Virus record (IMG/VR): IMGVR_UViG_3300042453_005404
Location: 62,001-126,000 of that record
Direction: 5' to 3' (one strand)
Length of the DNA stretch: 64,000 nucleotides
Shown: positions 42,536 through 51,323 of the stretch, one piece after another
Position numbering within the stretch: position 1 is the first letter of the stretch
Layout of the letters: each line of letters starts with the position of its first letter
Made by a program: the position numbers and the translations under genes
The notes under the pieces: generated by a model
Told to the model about the DNA's origin: nothing
Seen by the model: only the letters and a program-made list of their open reading frames with translations
The model's database searches: none

Positions 42536-43030
42536 TCAACCTGCTGCACGAACACGTTGTTCTAGAAGATAAATGTGCTCTTCGTGCTTGTCTAGAACAT
42601 TGCCAAGCATTTGCTCTAAACCTCTTGTAAGCAATCCAGCTTGTTCTAGCTGATCCATGAGTTCTCCACCCATACGCACATAGGTTAGTTCAGCGTCATG
42701 ACTTACAACAATGTATGGTTGATCGCTGTGTGTAACAGCTTTCAAAAGCATTTCCATAGCTTTAACACGCTTGAAGTAGTTGGTAAGAGAAACGTCATGA
42801 CTAACGCCAATAAGCTTTTCACCAATCAAATCAATCTCTGGTAGGATTGCTTCGTAAAGGCGTTGATAGAGAAGATGATCACCGTAGAAGTTCTCTCCTT
42901 TGGTTTGCCAGTGGTGTGAGTGATGGACTACTTGAAGACCTTCTGTAACGGCAAGGAAGGCAGCAAGAGGTGCCCATTCAGAGTCACCAAATACAGAACA
43001 GCATTGTTCTAAAGATAGTTTGTCGTGCAT
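42536..43030 (-). CDS. Dps/ferritin-like protein
   Basis: HHSHHWQTKG.NFYGDHLLYQRLY...D..GEK; C-terminal D.HEEH.YLL. Confidence 0.75.
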   Translation of the reverse strand: MHDKLSLEQCCSVFGDSEWAPLAAFLAVTEGLQVVHHSHHWQTKGENFYGDHLLYQRLYEAILPEIDLIGEKLIGVSHDVSLTNYFKRVKAMEMLLKAVTHSDQPYIVVSHDAELTYVRMGGELMDQLEQAGLLTRGLEQMLGNVLDKHEEHIYLLEQRVRAAG

Positions 43031-43094
43031 GATAGTTGTCCTTTTTGTAGGTTATCTATAGTTATGAGCATATCTACAAAAAGGAATATATATC

Positions 43095-43514
43095 ATGCAA
43101 TGGCCAGAACCCGGTTACAATCATATGCCAGCCTATCAAGTGTCCGGCTTACCATATGCTCTCTCAGACACAGCGACAGCAACTCCACCATATCGTGTGC
43201 AGTTCCCATATGTCACAAAGTTCATCACCATCAGGGCAGATGGTGGAGCTTTAGATATTGGTTTTACGGCTAATGGTGTGCTGGGGGTGAATCACTTCAC
43301 GCTTCCCAACAACGGGGTGATTACAATGGAAGTCAGAGTGAAAGAAATATATTTGGGCGGCACAAACACATTTCACATCATTGCTGGATTGACAGGAATA
43401 CCAACGGCAAGCATTCCAACCTTAACTGGTTCATATGCTTGGAGTGCATCAGATCCATATCATACAGGATCAAATGCCTATGCCAACGTTATTGTATATG
43501 ACGGTGTTGGTTGA
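43095..43514 (+). CDS. Hypothetical beta-rich protein (possibly virion)
   Basis: AAAAAGGA RBS; beta-strand pattern. Confidence 0.55.
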   Translation: MQWPEPGYNHMPAYQVSGLPYALSDTATATPPYRVQFPYVTKFITIRADGGALDIGFTANGVLGVNHFTLPNNGVITMEVRVKEIYLGGTNTFHIIAGLTGIPTASIPTLTGSYAWSASDPYHTGSNAYANVIVYDGVG

Positions 43515-43535
43515 TTAACGAAAAACGTGACTTCC

Positions 43536-43979
43536 TCACTGTTCTTGGCCTAAAATACCAAACATGGTATTTAACACAGGGCCAGCTTCCAAATGAACAA
43601 TAACAGCATTTGCTAGTTGCTTCATGTGGTTGCGTACCTTGGGATTGCTTAACACAAGACTGTTTTCAAACACAACTTGATCCAAACGATCAACGATTCG
43701 ATCAAGTTCTCGAATATAGTTTTCGAAAACCAACTCACCAGTTTCTAGTTTTTGCTTTAAGGTTCTCATAGGCAAAAATAGTTCTGCTCCAAGATGAATA
43801 ACCTCGCAGCCTTTCATTCTTTCTTTTTCTGGATTTTCAATTCGTGTTGTTATGTCTTCTAACGTTGCAGCAATACCCATACCCATGTCTTGAAGCCATT
43901 CCAAATCATTTTCATCCATGTCACGCATGGACGACAACATAATAGCTGCTTGCTTTGATGGTTTGAATGAATCACTCAT
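43536..43979 (-). CDS. Hypothetical protein
   Basis: Coupled to the 43976 ORF. Confidence 0.55.
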   Translation of the reverse strand: MSDSFKPSKQAAIMLSSMRDMDENDLEWLQDMGMGIAATLEDITTRIENPEKERMKGCEVIHLGAELFLPMRTLKQKLETGELVFENYIRELDRIVDRLDQVVFENSLVLSNPKVRNHMKQLANAVIVHLEAGPVLNTMFGILGQEQ

Positions 43980-44179
43980 CGTCTCACCGTGTTTTGCATT
44001 TTAGCTTTTTCCTTGGCCGCATCAACCATGGTTTGAACCCAACCGGGAATCTCGTTACGAATATGCTGCACAACATAGTTCCCAGCACAAGCCTGAGCAT
44101 GAGCCGCCGCATCTTCACGATATCGATAAACACCCGCCAATCGGGTACCATCCATCACAACAAATACTTCGTTATTCAT
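43976..44179 (-). CDS. Hypothetical protein
   Basis: GAGG RBS; V.VV.....GVY.....A pattern of small phage proteins. Confidence 0.55.
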   Translation of the reverse strand: MNNEVFVVMDGTRLAGVYRYREDAAAHAQACAGNYVVQHIRNEIPGWVQTMVDAAKEKAKMQNTVRR

Positions 44180-44195
44180 AGTTTATTACCTCTTG

Positions 44196-44291
44196 TTAGT
44201 TACCAACGTGATATGCCAAAACAATCATGAACGGGACAACCATACACATGTATAGCCCCATAACCAAATCATCTAAATCTTCTGTTTTCAT
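44196..44291 (-). CDS. Small membrane peptide (31 aa), not in the ORF track
   Basis: MKTEDLDDLVMGLYMCMVVPFMIVLAYHVGN; ATG lies 6 nt after a minus-strand -10 box. Confidence 0.5.
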   Translation of the reverse strand: MKTEDLDDLVMGLYMCMVVPFMIVLAYHVGN

Positions 44292-44326
44292 GTATACATT
44301 ACATCACGTTTTATTCGAGATTTAAA
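44292..44326 (-). promoter_or_regulatory. Leaderless sigma70-like promoter (minus strand)
   Basis: TTTAAA-17-TGTAAT-6-ATG. Confidence 0.5.
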
Positions 44327-44340
44327 GCGTTTTTAATACG

Positions 44341-44375
44341 TTTAGATTTTTGCTGTTGTATGATATTCTATATAC
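44341..44375 (+). promoter_or_regulatory. Leaderless sigma70-like promoter
   Basis: TTTAGA-17-TATTCT-6-ATG(44376), TG extended -10. Confidence 0.8.
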
Positions 44376-44582
44376 ATGAAAGCGAAAGAGATGACAAAGA
44401 TCGTGAAAGCAAAAGACCTCCAGCCCGGCGACACCGTGCTTAAGACTCTGGGCCACGTCCTCCTGCGGCGCACCGTGCGTAGCGTGACTCGGCTTGAGGC
44501 CGATCCCACTGCTATAAGGGTGGCATACACTGACCATACCACTATGTTGTGTGACGACAATCACACGGTTACAACAGTCTGA
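44376..44582 (+). CDS. Small beta-barrel hypothetical protein
   Basis: VKAKDLQPGDTV pattern; starts at the promoter-defined ATG. Confidence 0.65.
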   Translation: MKAKEMTKIVKAKDLQPGDTVLKTLGHVLLRRTVRSVTRLEADPTAIRVAYTDHTTMLCDDNHTVTTV

Positions 44583-45043
44583 TGACGAAGACCGTATACA
44601 TTATGATGGGCATCCCCGGCGGCGGCAAGTCAACGTGGATTCGTAACAACGTACCTTCTGATGCAGTGATTTGTTCCGCAGATCACTTCTTCGAAGATGC
44701 CAACGGCAACTATAACTGGAAGGCAGAGCTCTTGTTTCCTGCACACAAGACTTGCTTTCGCAAGTACATCAAGGCACTGGACAATCCGGCTGTACAAAAC
44801 ATCGTGGTGGACAACACCAATACCAAGCGTGCATTCATGCAAGACTATGTGCATGAAGCAAACCTACGTGGTATCGATGTGACGATTGTAACCATTGTTG
44901 CTGATCCGGCTGTTGCCGCTCTCCGTAACGTGCATGGTGTACCTGCCGAAACCGTTAACAAGATGCACAACGAGCTTCTCAACACTTTGCAACTAGGTTT
45001 TAGTTCCGATTGGGGAATCAAGCAGCATATCAAGGTTATTTAA
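44582..45043 (+). CDS. AAA_33 P-loop kinase (PNK kinase-like)
   Basis: GIPGGGKST, ICSAD, VVDNTN, RNVHGVP. Confidence 0.85.
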   Translation: MTKTVYIMMGIPGGGKSTWIRNNVPSDAVICSADHFFEDANGNYNWKAELLFPAHKTCFRKYIKALDNPAVQNIVVDNTNTKRAFMQDYVHEANLRGIDVTIVTIVADPAVAALRNVHGVPAETVNKMHNELLNTLQLGFSSDWGIKQHIKVI

Positions 45044-45064
45044 TTTATGCCGCCGCCTTATTCA

Positions 45065-45280
45065 ATGAAACAAGGTAAGCTATATCGTGTGAGGGCATCA
45101 TTTCCTACTGACGCAGAAGCCTTTAGATTTACCCATCTTGGTGATGTTGTGGTTGCGATTGAAACGATGGAAGATCATAACAACGTTATTTATTGGAAGG
45201 TTCTTACAGCGAACGCAGAGTTGGTAGCAATTGCTGAGAGGAACGTTCAATATTTTCTGGAGGATATGAAAAATGACTGA
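45065..45280 (+). CDS. Divergent SH3-like family member
   Basis: QGKLYRV...VVAIE...WKVLT.N. Confidence 0.55.
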   Translation: MKQGKLYRVRASFPTDAEAFRFTHLGDVVVAIETMEDHNNVIYWKVLTANAELVAIAERNVQYFLEDMKND

Positions 45281-45345
45281 GCCACGAACAGGCAAAGATC
45301 GTTTCTATTTCGCTTGTCACGGTACTTCAAACAAGTAGGAACAGC

Positions 45346-45570
45346 ATGATCGATCATTTGAAACTAGGTATGCTATTCGAATCAAAATGCGATTTCAAAT
45401 GTCTCGCAAGCACAAGTAATACACCAGTTCCACCAGTAGTTACCATTGAAAAAGGAGATCTTTTGGTTTTGATTGATTTCGAGGGTTATGAACATTATAG
45501 GTTTCTAGCCCCTGATGGTTCTACTGTGACAATGTATGGAACTTACAACTTAAAGAAAGTAGAAGAATGA
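45346..45570 (+). CDS. Divergent SH3-like family member
   Basis: LKLGMLF...IEKGDLLVLID...RFLAPDG. Confidence 0.5.
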   Translation: MIDHLKLGMLFESKCDFKCLASTSNTPVPPVVTIEKGDLLVLIDFEGYEHYRFLAPDGSTVTMYGTYNLKKVEE

Positions 45571-45767
45571 TTCATAAAGTATACATCGTTCGTTGTTCGT
45601 ATTGTCAAACTCCATTGTGTGAACCTCACGGTTTGGATCATCGACCCAGATATTTTTATCAACTTGATAGTATTCCACAAGCTATGAGTGAAGCAAACTG
45701 GGGTACAGTAAACGGATTGCAAGTTTGCAATCGTTGCCTAGAACGGCATCAACGATCAGAGTTTTAA
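45567..45767 (+). CDS. Small Zn-finger protein
   Basis: CSYC...CNRC. Confidence 0.55.
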   Translation: MIHKVYIVRCSYCQTPLCEPHGLDHRPRYFYQLDSIPQAMSEANWGTVNGLQVCNRCLERHQRSEF

Positions 45768-45770
45768 ACC

Positions 45771-45805
45771 TTTATATTTAACAAAACATCTGATATCCTA
45801 ACATC
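45771..45805 (+). promoter_or_regulatory. Leaderless sigma70-like promoter
   Basis: TTTATA-17-TATCCT-6-ATG(45806). Confidence 0.7.
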
Positions 45806-46960
45806 ATGGCAAAGATCATCACACATCGTACCCTTTTCACCCGTGATTCTCGTGGTTCCATTCGTACTTGGTACATGGAAACCAAAGGAGATAGCTATCG
45901 TACCGTTTCTGGTATTCTTGATACTCCTAGCTCTGTTGTTACATCAGAATGGACTGTGTGCGCAGGAAAGAATACTGGCCGTGCAAACGCTACAACTCCC
46001 GAGCAACAAGCTCTAAAGGAAGTAGAAAGCCGCTATACCAAGCAGCTTAAAACCGGTTACTTTGAGAATCAAAGCAACGTTGATGTTGCTCAATATGTCG
46101 AACCCATGCTAGCAAAGAGCTACGAAGATTATCGTGGCAAGCTAGACTTTTCTCCCGGTACTTGGTTTCTCAATGTCAAGTACAATGGTCTGCGTATGAT
46201 CGCAACCAAGGATGGACTGTTCACCCGTAAAGGTGAACGTTTCCTTTCAATCCCTCATATCGAAGAATCCCTTAAGCCATTCTTCCAGCAATATCCCAAC
46301 GCTGTTCTGGACGGTGAATGCTTCAACGAGCAGTATCGTCAAGAACTCAACGAGATTGTAAAGCTTGCTCGAAAGACCAAGAAAATCACCAAGGCAGACC
46401 TTGCCGAGAGTGAGCGTCTTATTCGTTATTACGTTTATGACGGTTATGGTTTTACTCCAGAACTAGGAGAAGATGCAGCATATCATAAGCGTAGGCTTTG
46501 GATCAACAGCAACGTTGTCAAGAAGTATGCTTATGTGGAAAAGATCGAGGATTGGCTTGTTAAGGATGAAGCACACATGATGGAGCTTTACAACAACATT
46601 GTGTCCCGTGGCCATGAAGGCGCTATTCTGCGTCTTGTTCGTATGCCTTATGAACACAAACGCAGCAAGAATCTTCTCAAGGTGAAGCCGTTGGAAGATG
46701 CTGAGTTTACGATTACCAACGTTCAAGAGGGTACAGGCAACTGGAGCGGTAAGGCTAAGATCATTTCTTTGCGTGATAGCAATGGCAAAGAGTTTGACGC
46801 TACCTTCAAGGGTACAATGGAAGATGCAGCGTACTTCTTGACCGTCAAGGATCAATGGATTGGCAAGGAAGTAACCGTGCAGTTTAATGGTTATACTGGT
46901 CTTGGTACCCCACAGTTTGCGCAACTAGACTACAAAAACATGGTTAAGGGTGACCGCTAA
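45806..46960 (+). CDS. lig: ATP-dependent DNA ligase
   Basis: EPMLA, KYNGLR (motif I), LDGE, YYVYD, EGAILR, LLKVKP, OB-fold C-terminus. Confidence 0.9.
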   Translation: MAKIITHRTLFTRDSRGSIRTWYMETKGDSYRTVSGILDTPSSVVTSEWTVCAGKNTGRANATTPEQQALKEVESRYTKQLKTGYFENQSNVDVAQYVEPMLAKSYEDYRGKLDFSPGTWFLNVKYNGLRMIATKDGLFTRKGERFLSIPHIEESLKPFFQQYPNAVLDGECFNEQYRQELNEIVKLARKTKKITKADLAESERLIRYYVYDGYGFTPELGEDAAYHKRRLWINSNVVKKYAYVEKIEDWLVKDEAHMMELYNNIVSRGHEGAILRLVRMPYEHKRSKNLLKVKPLEDAEFTITNVQEGTGNWSGKAKIISLRDSNGKEFDATFKGTMEDAAYFLTVKDQWIGKEVTVQFNGYTGLGTPQFAQLDYKNMVKGDR

Positions 46961-47011
46961 ACCCTTGAAATCATAGAGAAAAAACGTTAACAAAAAAAGG
47001 TAAAAAATACC

Positions 47012-47046
47012 TTTAGATATTCGTTAACGTTTGGTATTCTATGAGT
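47012..47046 (+). promoter_or_regulatory. Leaderless sigma70-like promoter
   Basis: TTTAGA-17-TATTCT-6-ATG(47047). Confidence 0.8.
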
Positions 47047-48117
47047 ATGAAGATCGGAATCGAAATCGAGTTCTACAGTCCCAAAAACATCACCGACACC
47101 ATTGCGGCTCTTCGTCGCAAGGTTCGTGGTCTTTCTATTGGTAGCTACGGTAGCTCTGGTTGGAAGATCGTGAGTGATGGTTCTCTTGCAACCATCGATA
47201 GCTTTCACGGCATGGAGCTTGTGTCTCCTGTGCTTGATACCGACAAGGCTGCTAACCTGCGCATGGTTCGCAAGGTGTGCGCTGCGTTGCAAGCTATGGG
47301 TAGCACGGTGAATAACTGCTGCGGTCTGCATGTTCATGTGGATGGTACCGATCTGTCGGTTGAGCAGATTAAGACGATTTTTCATCGCTATACCAAGTTT
47401 GAGGGTATGATCGATCTCATGGTTCCTGCTAATCGGCGTGGTACTAACGTGTACTATACCAAGGGTGGTACCAACATCATCAACAATGTGGAAAACTGTC
47501 AAACCATGAACGCTCTTATGCGTGTGCTGCCTGATCGTTACTACAAGGTGAACCTGTGTGCTCTGGGTCGTCATGGCACGATTGAGTTTCGGCAACACTC
47601 TGGGTCGATCAATGCGGATACCATTCTTAACTGGGTTGAGTTTCTTACTTCGTTTGTCGAAGCTTCCAAGATCACTCCTGCGGCTCCGCAACGTGCTCTT
47701 CGTGGTCGTCCGGCTTCTGGTACGGGCATGGCTGCTGGTTGCCGCAAGGTTTACGATGTGTTCATGGCTTCATACAACAACGGTGGTGGTACCTTGTACC
47801 TTGCCACGATTGCTAACCGTACCGGTCTTGCCATTAACAGCGTAAAGGTTGCAATCTCGACTCTTAAGACCAAGCACGGGATTGTGATTAAGAAGACTGC
47901 TGGACAGCAGCGTGGTGCTACCAACCCGATGTACACGATTGCAAACCCTCATGCGCAGCCTCGTTTGAATCCTGTGCGTTCTACTCGTAGCACTGCCAGT
48001 GCTCCCGCTACTCCTACTGACACGATTTGGCGTGGTGTTAGCAAGACTCTCAAGGCTTACTACGTCGAGCGCATTCAAGAGCTTTCGGGCTTCGGTGTTC
48101 AGAACGTTTCGCTGTGA
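47047..48117 (+). CDS. Putative amidoligase (Amidoligase_2/COOH-NH2 ligase) with C-terminal wHTH-like domain
   Basis: IGIEIEF, WKIVSDGSL, ELVSPVL, CGLHVHV, RYYKVN, TIEFRQHSG. Confidence 0.85.
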   Translation: MKIGIEIEFYSPKNITDTIAALRRKVRGLSIGSYGSSGWKIVSDGSLATIDSFHGMELVSPVLDTDKAANLRMVRKVCAALQAMGSTVNNCCGLHVHVDGTDLSVEQIKTIFHRYTKFEGMIDLMVPANRRGTNVYYTKGGTNIINNVENCQTMNALMRVLPDRYYKVNLCALGRHGTIEFRQHSGSINADTILNWVEFLTSFVEASKITPAAPQRALRGRPASGTGMAAGCRKVYDVFMASYNNGGGTLYLATIANRTGLAINSVKVAISTLKTKHGIVIKKTAGQQRGATNPMYTIANPHAQPRLNPVRSTRSTASAPATPTDTIWRGVSKTLKAYYVERIQELSGFGVQNVSL

Positions 48118-48449
48118 TGGTTGATGAAATGAACAATCTGCAACTTGGCAAAATGTATTTGGTTAAAGAGCTTTTCTGGCTTCTTTATCCAACGAAAGGT
48201 CTGGCAGGAGGGGCTGCGGACGGCTTCGGGGGGCATGGTTGGCGGTTGAAGAAGCTGACGACTGCTTATGAAACTGCAAAATGGGAGAGCGAAAGTTTCA
48301 ACTGCAATGTTGATGTTGTTGAAGAAAACACTTGCTTTGTTTTGCTTGAAGTAGACAACGGTTATTTCAAACTTCTTAACTCAAACGGTAACATTGGTTG
48401 GACTTGGGGTAGGGATTTCTTCGAGCATTTCGAACTTGTCAAGGAATAA
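48114..48449 (+). CDS. Hypervariable SH3-like protein, subfamily A copy 1
   Basis: LGKMYLVKE.FW.LYPTK-[variable]-CNV.VVEENTC.VLLE...GNIGW...FELVKE. Confidence 0.85.
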   Translation: MMVDEMNNLQLGKMYLVKELFWLLYPTKGLAGGAADGFGGHGWRLKKLTTAYETAKWESESFNCNVDVVEENTCFVLLEVDNGYFKLLNSNGNIGWTWGRDFFEHFELVKE

Positions 48450-48452
48450 GCA

Positions 48453-48767
48453 ATGAACAATCTGCAACTTGGTAAGATGTATTTGGTTAAAGAGTTTTTC
48501 TGGTTTCTTTTTCCAACAAAAGAACTAGCGGAGCGCCAGTGCAGGTGGTCGAGGGCGGGGGCCTCGACATCGGGGGCGACGGGGGTGGCAAAAGTGTTAA
48601 GCCAAAATTTTAAATGCAACATTTTTGTTGTTGAACCAAAGACTTGCTTTGTTTTGCTTGAAGTAGATGATGATTATTACAAGCTTCTTGACTCAAATGG
48701 TAACATTGGTTGGATTTTTAGTTGGGATTTCTCTGGTTGTTTCGAACTTGTAAAGGATTTATGTTGA
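48453..48767 (+). CDS. Hypervariable SH3-like protein A2
   Basis: Same framework; G-rich insert 48528-48587. Confidence 0.85.
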   Translation: MNNLQLGKMYLVKEFFWFLFPTKELAERQCRWSRAGASTSGATGVAKVLSQNFKCNIFVVEPKTCFVLLEVDDDYYKLLDSNGNIGWIFSWDFSGCFELVKDLC

Positions 48768-48798
48768 GAATATTTTCAGAGTATGATATACTTTTGAT
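48764..48798 (+). promoter_or_regulatory. Leaderless sigma70-like promoter (duplicated at 49431)
   Basis: TTGAGA-17-TATACT-6-ATG(48799). Confidence 0.8.
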
Positions 48799-49116
48799 AT
48801 GCTACAAATCGGTAAGATGTATTTGGTTAAAGAGTATTTCTGGTTTCTTTTTCCAACAAAAGAACTGGCGGTGGGGGCGATCGATCGCTTCGAGGGGCGG
48901 GCGTCGCAGGGCTGGGCGGCGACGGGGGCGGTGGTGGCAAAAGTGTTAAGCGAACGTTATAAATGCAACATTTTTGTTGTTGAACCAAAGACTTGCGTTG
49001 TTTTGCTTGAAATGGATGAAACCGAACATTGCTATAAGCTTCTTGATTGTAATGGAAACATTGGTTGGACTCGTTGTTGGAGTTTCGCCTCCTATTTCGA
49101 GCTTGTAAAGGAATAA
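48799..49116 (+). CDS. Hypervariable SH3-like protein A3
   Basis: Same framework; insert 48865-48936 is 57/72 GC. Confidence 0.85.
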   Translation: MLQIGKMYLVKEYFWFLFPTKELAVGAIDRFEGRASQGWAATGAVVAKVLSERYKCNIFVVEPKTCVVLLEMDETEHCYKLLDCNGNIGWTRCWSFASYFELVKE

Positions 49117-49122
49117 GCAACA

Positions 49123-49434
49123 ATGCAACTTGGTAAGATGTATTTGGTTAAAGATTGGTTTTGGTTTCTTTATCCAACAAAAGAACTGGCAAGGACGCCT
49201 GCGGCGAAGGCGAGCAGGGCGATGCGGCCCACGAGGGCGAGGGCGGGGATGGATGCGAAATGGTTGAGCCAAGAATTTAAATGCAACGTTGGTGTTGTTG
49301 AACCAAACACTTGCGTTGTGTTGCTTGAAGTAGATAATGGTTATTTTAAGCTTCTTGATTCGAATGGTAACATTGGTTGGATTATTTGTTGGAATGTCTC
49401 CAAAAATTTCGAACTTGTAAGGGATTTATGTTGA
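49123..49434 (+). CDS. Hypervariable SH3-like protein A4
   Basis: Same framework; insert 49191-49258. Confidence 0.85.
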   Translation: MQLGKMYLVKDWFWFLYPTKELARTPAAKASRAMRPTRARAGMDAKWLSQEFKCNVGVVEPNTCVVLLEVDNGYFKLLDSNGNIGWIICWNVSKNFELVRDLC

Positions 49435-49465
49435 GAATATTTTCAGAGTATGATATACTTTTGAT
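49431..49465 (+). promoter_or_regulatory. Leaderless sigma70-like promoter
   Basis: TTGAGA-17-TATACT-6-ATG(49466). Confidence 0.8.
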
Positions 49466-49711
49466 ATGCTACAAATCGGTAAGATGTATAAAGTTCCGTG
49501 GTATGTTGAAGCTGACGAGTACATAGCTGGACGACTGATTGAGCGAATCAAACTAAAAGATGGCGATCTTGTTGTTGTTGTTAGCATGGAAGAATACCGT
49601 ATGGGCGGGGAGATTCGTTGGGACACAAAACTGCTGACAGGTGACGGAAGACTTGTATACGTTTCGATATCGCAACCGGGGTCTGCATACTGGAAAAAAG
49701 CACATGAATAG
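49466..49711 (+). CDS. Divergent SH3-like family member
   Basis: MLQIGKMY...LKDGDLVVVV...KLLTGDG. Confidence 0.7.
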   Translation: MLQIGKMYKVPWYVEADEYIAGRLIERIKLKDGDLVVVVSMEEYRMGGEIRWDTKLLTGDGRLVYVSISQPGSAYWKKAHE

Positions 49712-50003
49712 AAATCTTCAAATCGGAAAGCTGTATAAAACACCTTGGAAGACTTCTTCTTACGGAGCTTACATCAAGTTTGATGATCATGGCATGGTGC
49801 CTGACTACAACAGAAGCATCGACCTTCCAGATGGCGCATATGTTGTTTTGCTTGAAGTTAACGTGAATAAAGCTGAATATTTCTATAACAATAGAAAAGC
49901 CAACACATACGTTCTTAAGGTTCTAACAGAGGATGGTGCTGTTGCATATGTTACGTGCACAGAAGCTGGTTTGGATTACTGGAAAAAGGTTGTTCGTCCA
50001 TAA
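49704..50003 (+). CDS. Divergent SH3-like family member
   Basis: LQIGKLY...VVLLEV...KVLTEDG; start at MNRNLQ. Confidence 0.7.
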   Translation: MNRNLQIGKLYKTPWKTSSYGAYIKFDDHGMVPDYNRSIDLPDGAYVVLLEVNVNKAEYFYNNRKANTYVLKVLTEDGAVAYVTCTEAGLDYWKKVVRP

Positions 50004-50017
50004 AACTTAGTTAATCC

Positions 50018-50052
50018 TTTAGATATTCATATTCTTATGGTATTCTATATAT
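50018..50052 (+). promoter_or_regulatory. Leaderless sigma70-like promoter
   Basis: TTTAGA-17-TATTCT-6-ATG(50053). Confidence 0.8.
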
Positions 50053-50427
50053 ATGAAGCAGAAGAAGGCTGTTGTTCGTCGCAAAGGTTCGGTTTCCAGC
50101 AAAGTCAAACAACTGGATTGGATCATGCAGTTTATCATTCGCATGAATCCTTGTGCGATTTGTGGTGGTTCCTTGGCTGATGGGTACAATCCTCGTTATC
50201 CGGGTAAAAGCATCACGCTGCATCATTCCATCGGAAGCCGTGAAGTTGACGATTGGGAGAATCTGGAGTATGTAGCTGGTATGGTGCTGTGTCATTCTAC
50301 ATGCCACAAGAGCTATCATTTGAAGCGCAGACACATGGATGCGGGCAAGGATGTAAACGAGGGCGAGGTTGCGATCATGGAAAGCAATATTGCCAAGGTT
50401 GTGAAGAAGCAGAGGAAAGTAAAATGA
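50053..50427 (+). CDS. HNH endonuclease-like protein
   Basis: CAICG...TLHH...LCH..CH..YH. Confidence 0.7.
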   Translation: MKQKKAVVRRKGSVSSKVKQLDWIMQFIIRMNPCAICGGSLADGYNPRYPGKSITLHHSIGSREVDDWENLEYVAGMVLCHSTCHKSYHLKRRHMDAGKDVNEGEVAIMESNIAKVVKKQRKVK

Positions 50428-50642
50428 ATCACACGATTGGAAAAATGCATCAGTTTGTAGCCGTTCAACTACCGATTTATAATAGGATCGGAGACGTTCC
50501 GTTTGCTTACTTGGTACAGAATGAAGTTGTTGTTTTTCTTTCGAAAACAGATAAATACGTAAAGGTACTATTTGACGATGGCACCGTTGGAATAGTGCCT
50601 TATTTTCCAGAACGTGATCATTGGGTTGAATACACCGGTTAG
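50424..50642 (+). CDS. Divergent SH3-like family member
   Basis: TIGKMH...VVVFLS...VKVLFDDG.VG; start at MNHTIG. Confidence 0.65.
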   Translation: MNHTIGKMHQFVAVQLPIYNRIGDVPFAYLVQNEVVVFLSKTDKYVKVLFDDGTVGIVPYFPERDHWVEYTG

Positions 50643-50656
50643 GAGAACGTAAAACA

Positions 50657-50986
50657 ATGTCCGAATATATTGAATCCGAGACAAACTGTTGGAACAAATC
50701 ACCAATGAAACAAGGTAAACTGTATTACGGGCTTTGTGATCGAGAGGTGATCGAAGAAAAGCTTTTACCTCATTTTTTTGATGCTCATGAGATCAATGAT
50801 GTGATTGAGGTAGTAGACGCAGCATCACCGGTTGTATTCTTGGAAAAGACAATCACAAGGCGAGAGGATGGATACGGTGGTAGAGAAAGGTATCAAACCT
50901 TTATAAAGATTCTTACACCTGCTGGAAATATTGGTTGGGTTGTTTGGTTTGAAGGCGATTGGAAGGAAGTAAAATCATGTCAATAA
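50657..50986 (+). CDS. Divergent SH3-like family member
   Basis: QGKLYY...VVFLEK...KILTPAGNIGWV. Confidence 0.7.
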   Translation: MSEYIESETNCWNKSPMKQGKLYYGLCDREVIEEKLLPHFFDAHEINDVIEVVDAASPVVFLEKTITRREDGYGGRERYQTFIKILTPAGNIGWVVWFEGDWKEVKSCQ

Positions 50987-51321
50987 CATTCTACGATCAG
51001 AACAATCCAGCAAAGTACAACGATGATGGAGATCAAATCGGTGGTGGTATCGAAGTAAACTTCGCAAACGGCAACGCATACACTGTGCTTTCTCTCATGG
51101 GTTTGTGCGGCAAAGATAATCCCGATCTTTGTGGAGAAATGAACGGTCACGACTTTCGTAAATGCGCATATCGTGCGTTAGCAACGTTGGATATGATAAA
51201 TGATGAAAGTCGATTTAACGTTGATCCCATCGATGTAGCACAACATTGGGGATACGCAAAAGAACGAATCAAACGGCTTTTAACGGTTTTTGCCGACGCT
51301 GAAACTGTTTGTTGGGGGTAA
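50977..51321 (+). CDS. Hypothetical protein
   Basis: EVNFANGNA..VL..MGL pattern; coupled start. Confidence 0.6.
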   Translation: MSITFYDQNNPAKYNDDGDQIGGGIEVNFANGNAYTVLSLMGLCGKDNPDLCGEMNGHDFRKCAYRALATLDMINDESRFNVDPIDVAQHWGYAKERIKRLLTVFADAETVCWG

Positions 51322-51323
51322 AG

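Larger units (their letters stand above)
48741..49489 (+). repeat. 82-nt direct repeat (48741-48822 / 49408-49489, 1 mismatch)
   Basis: Contains a gene end, the promoter and the first 8 codons (MLQIGKMY). Confidence 0.9.
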
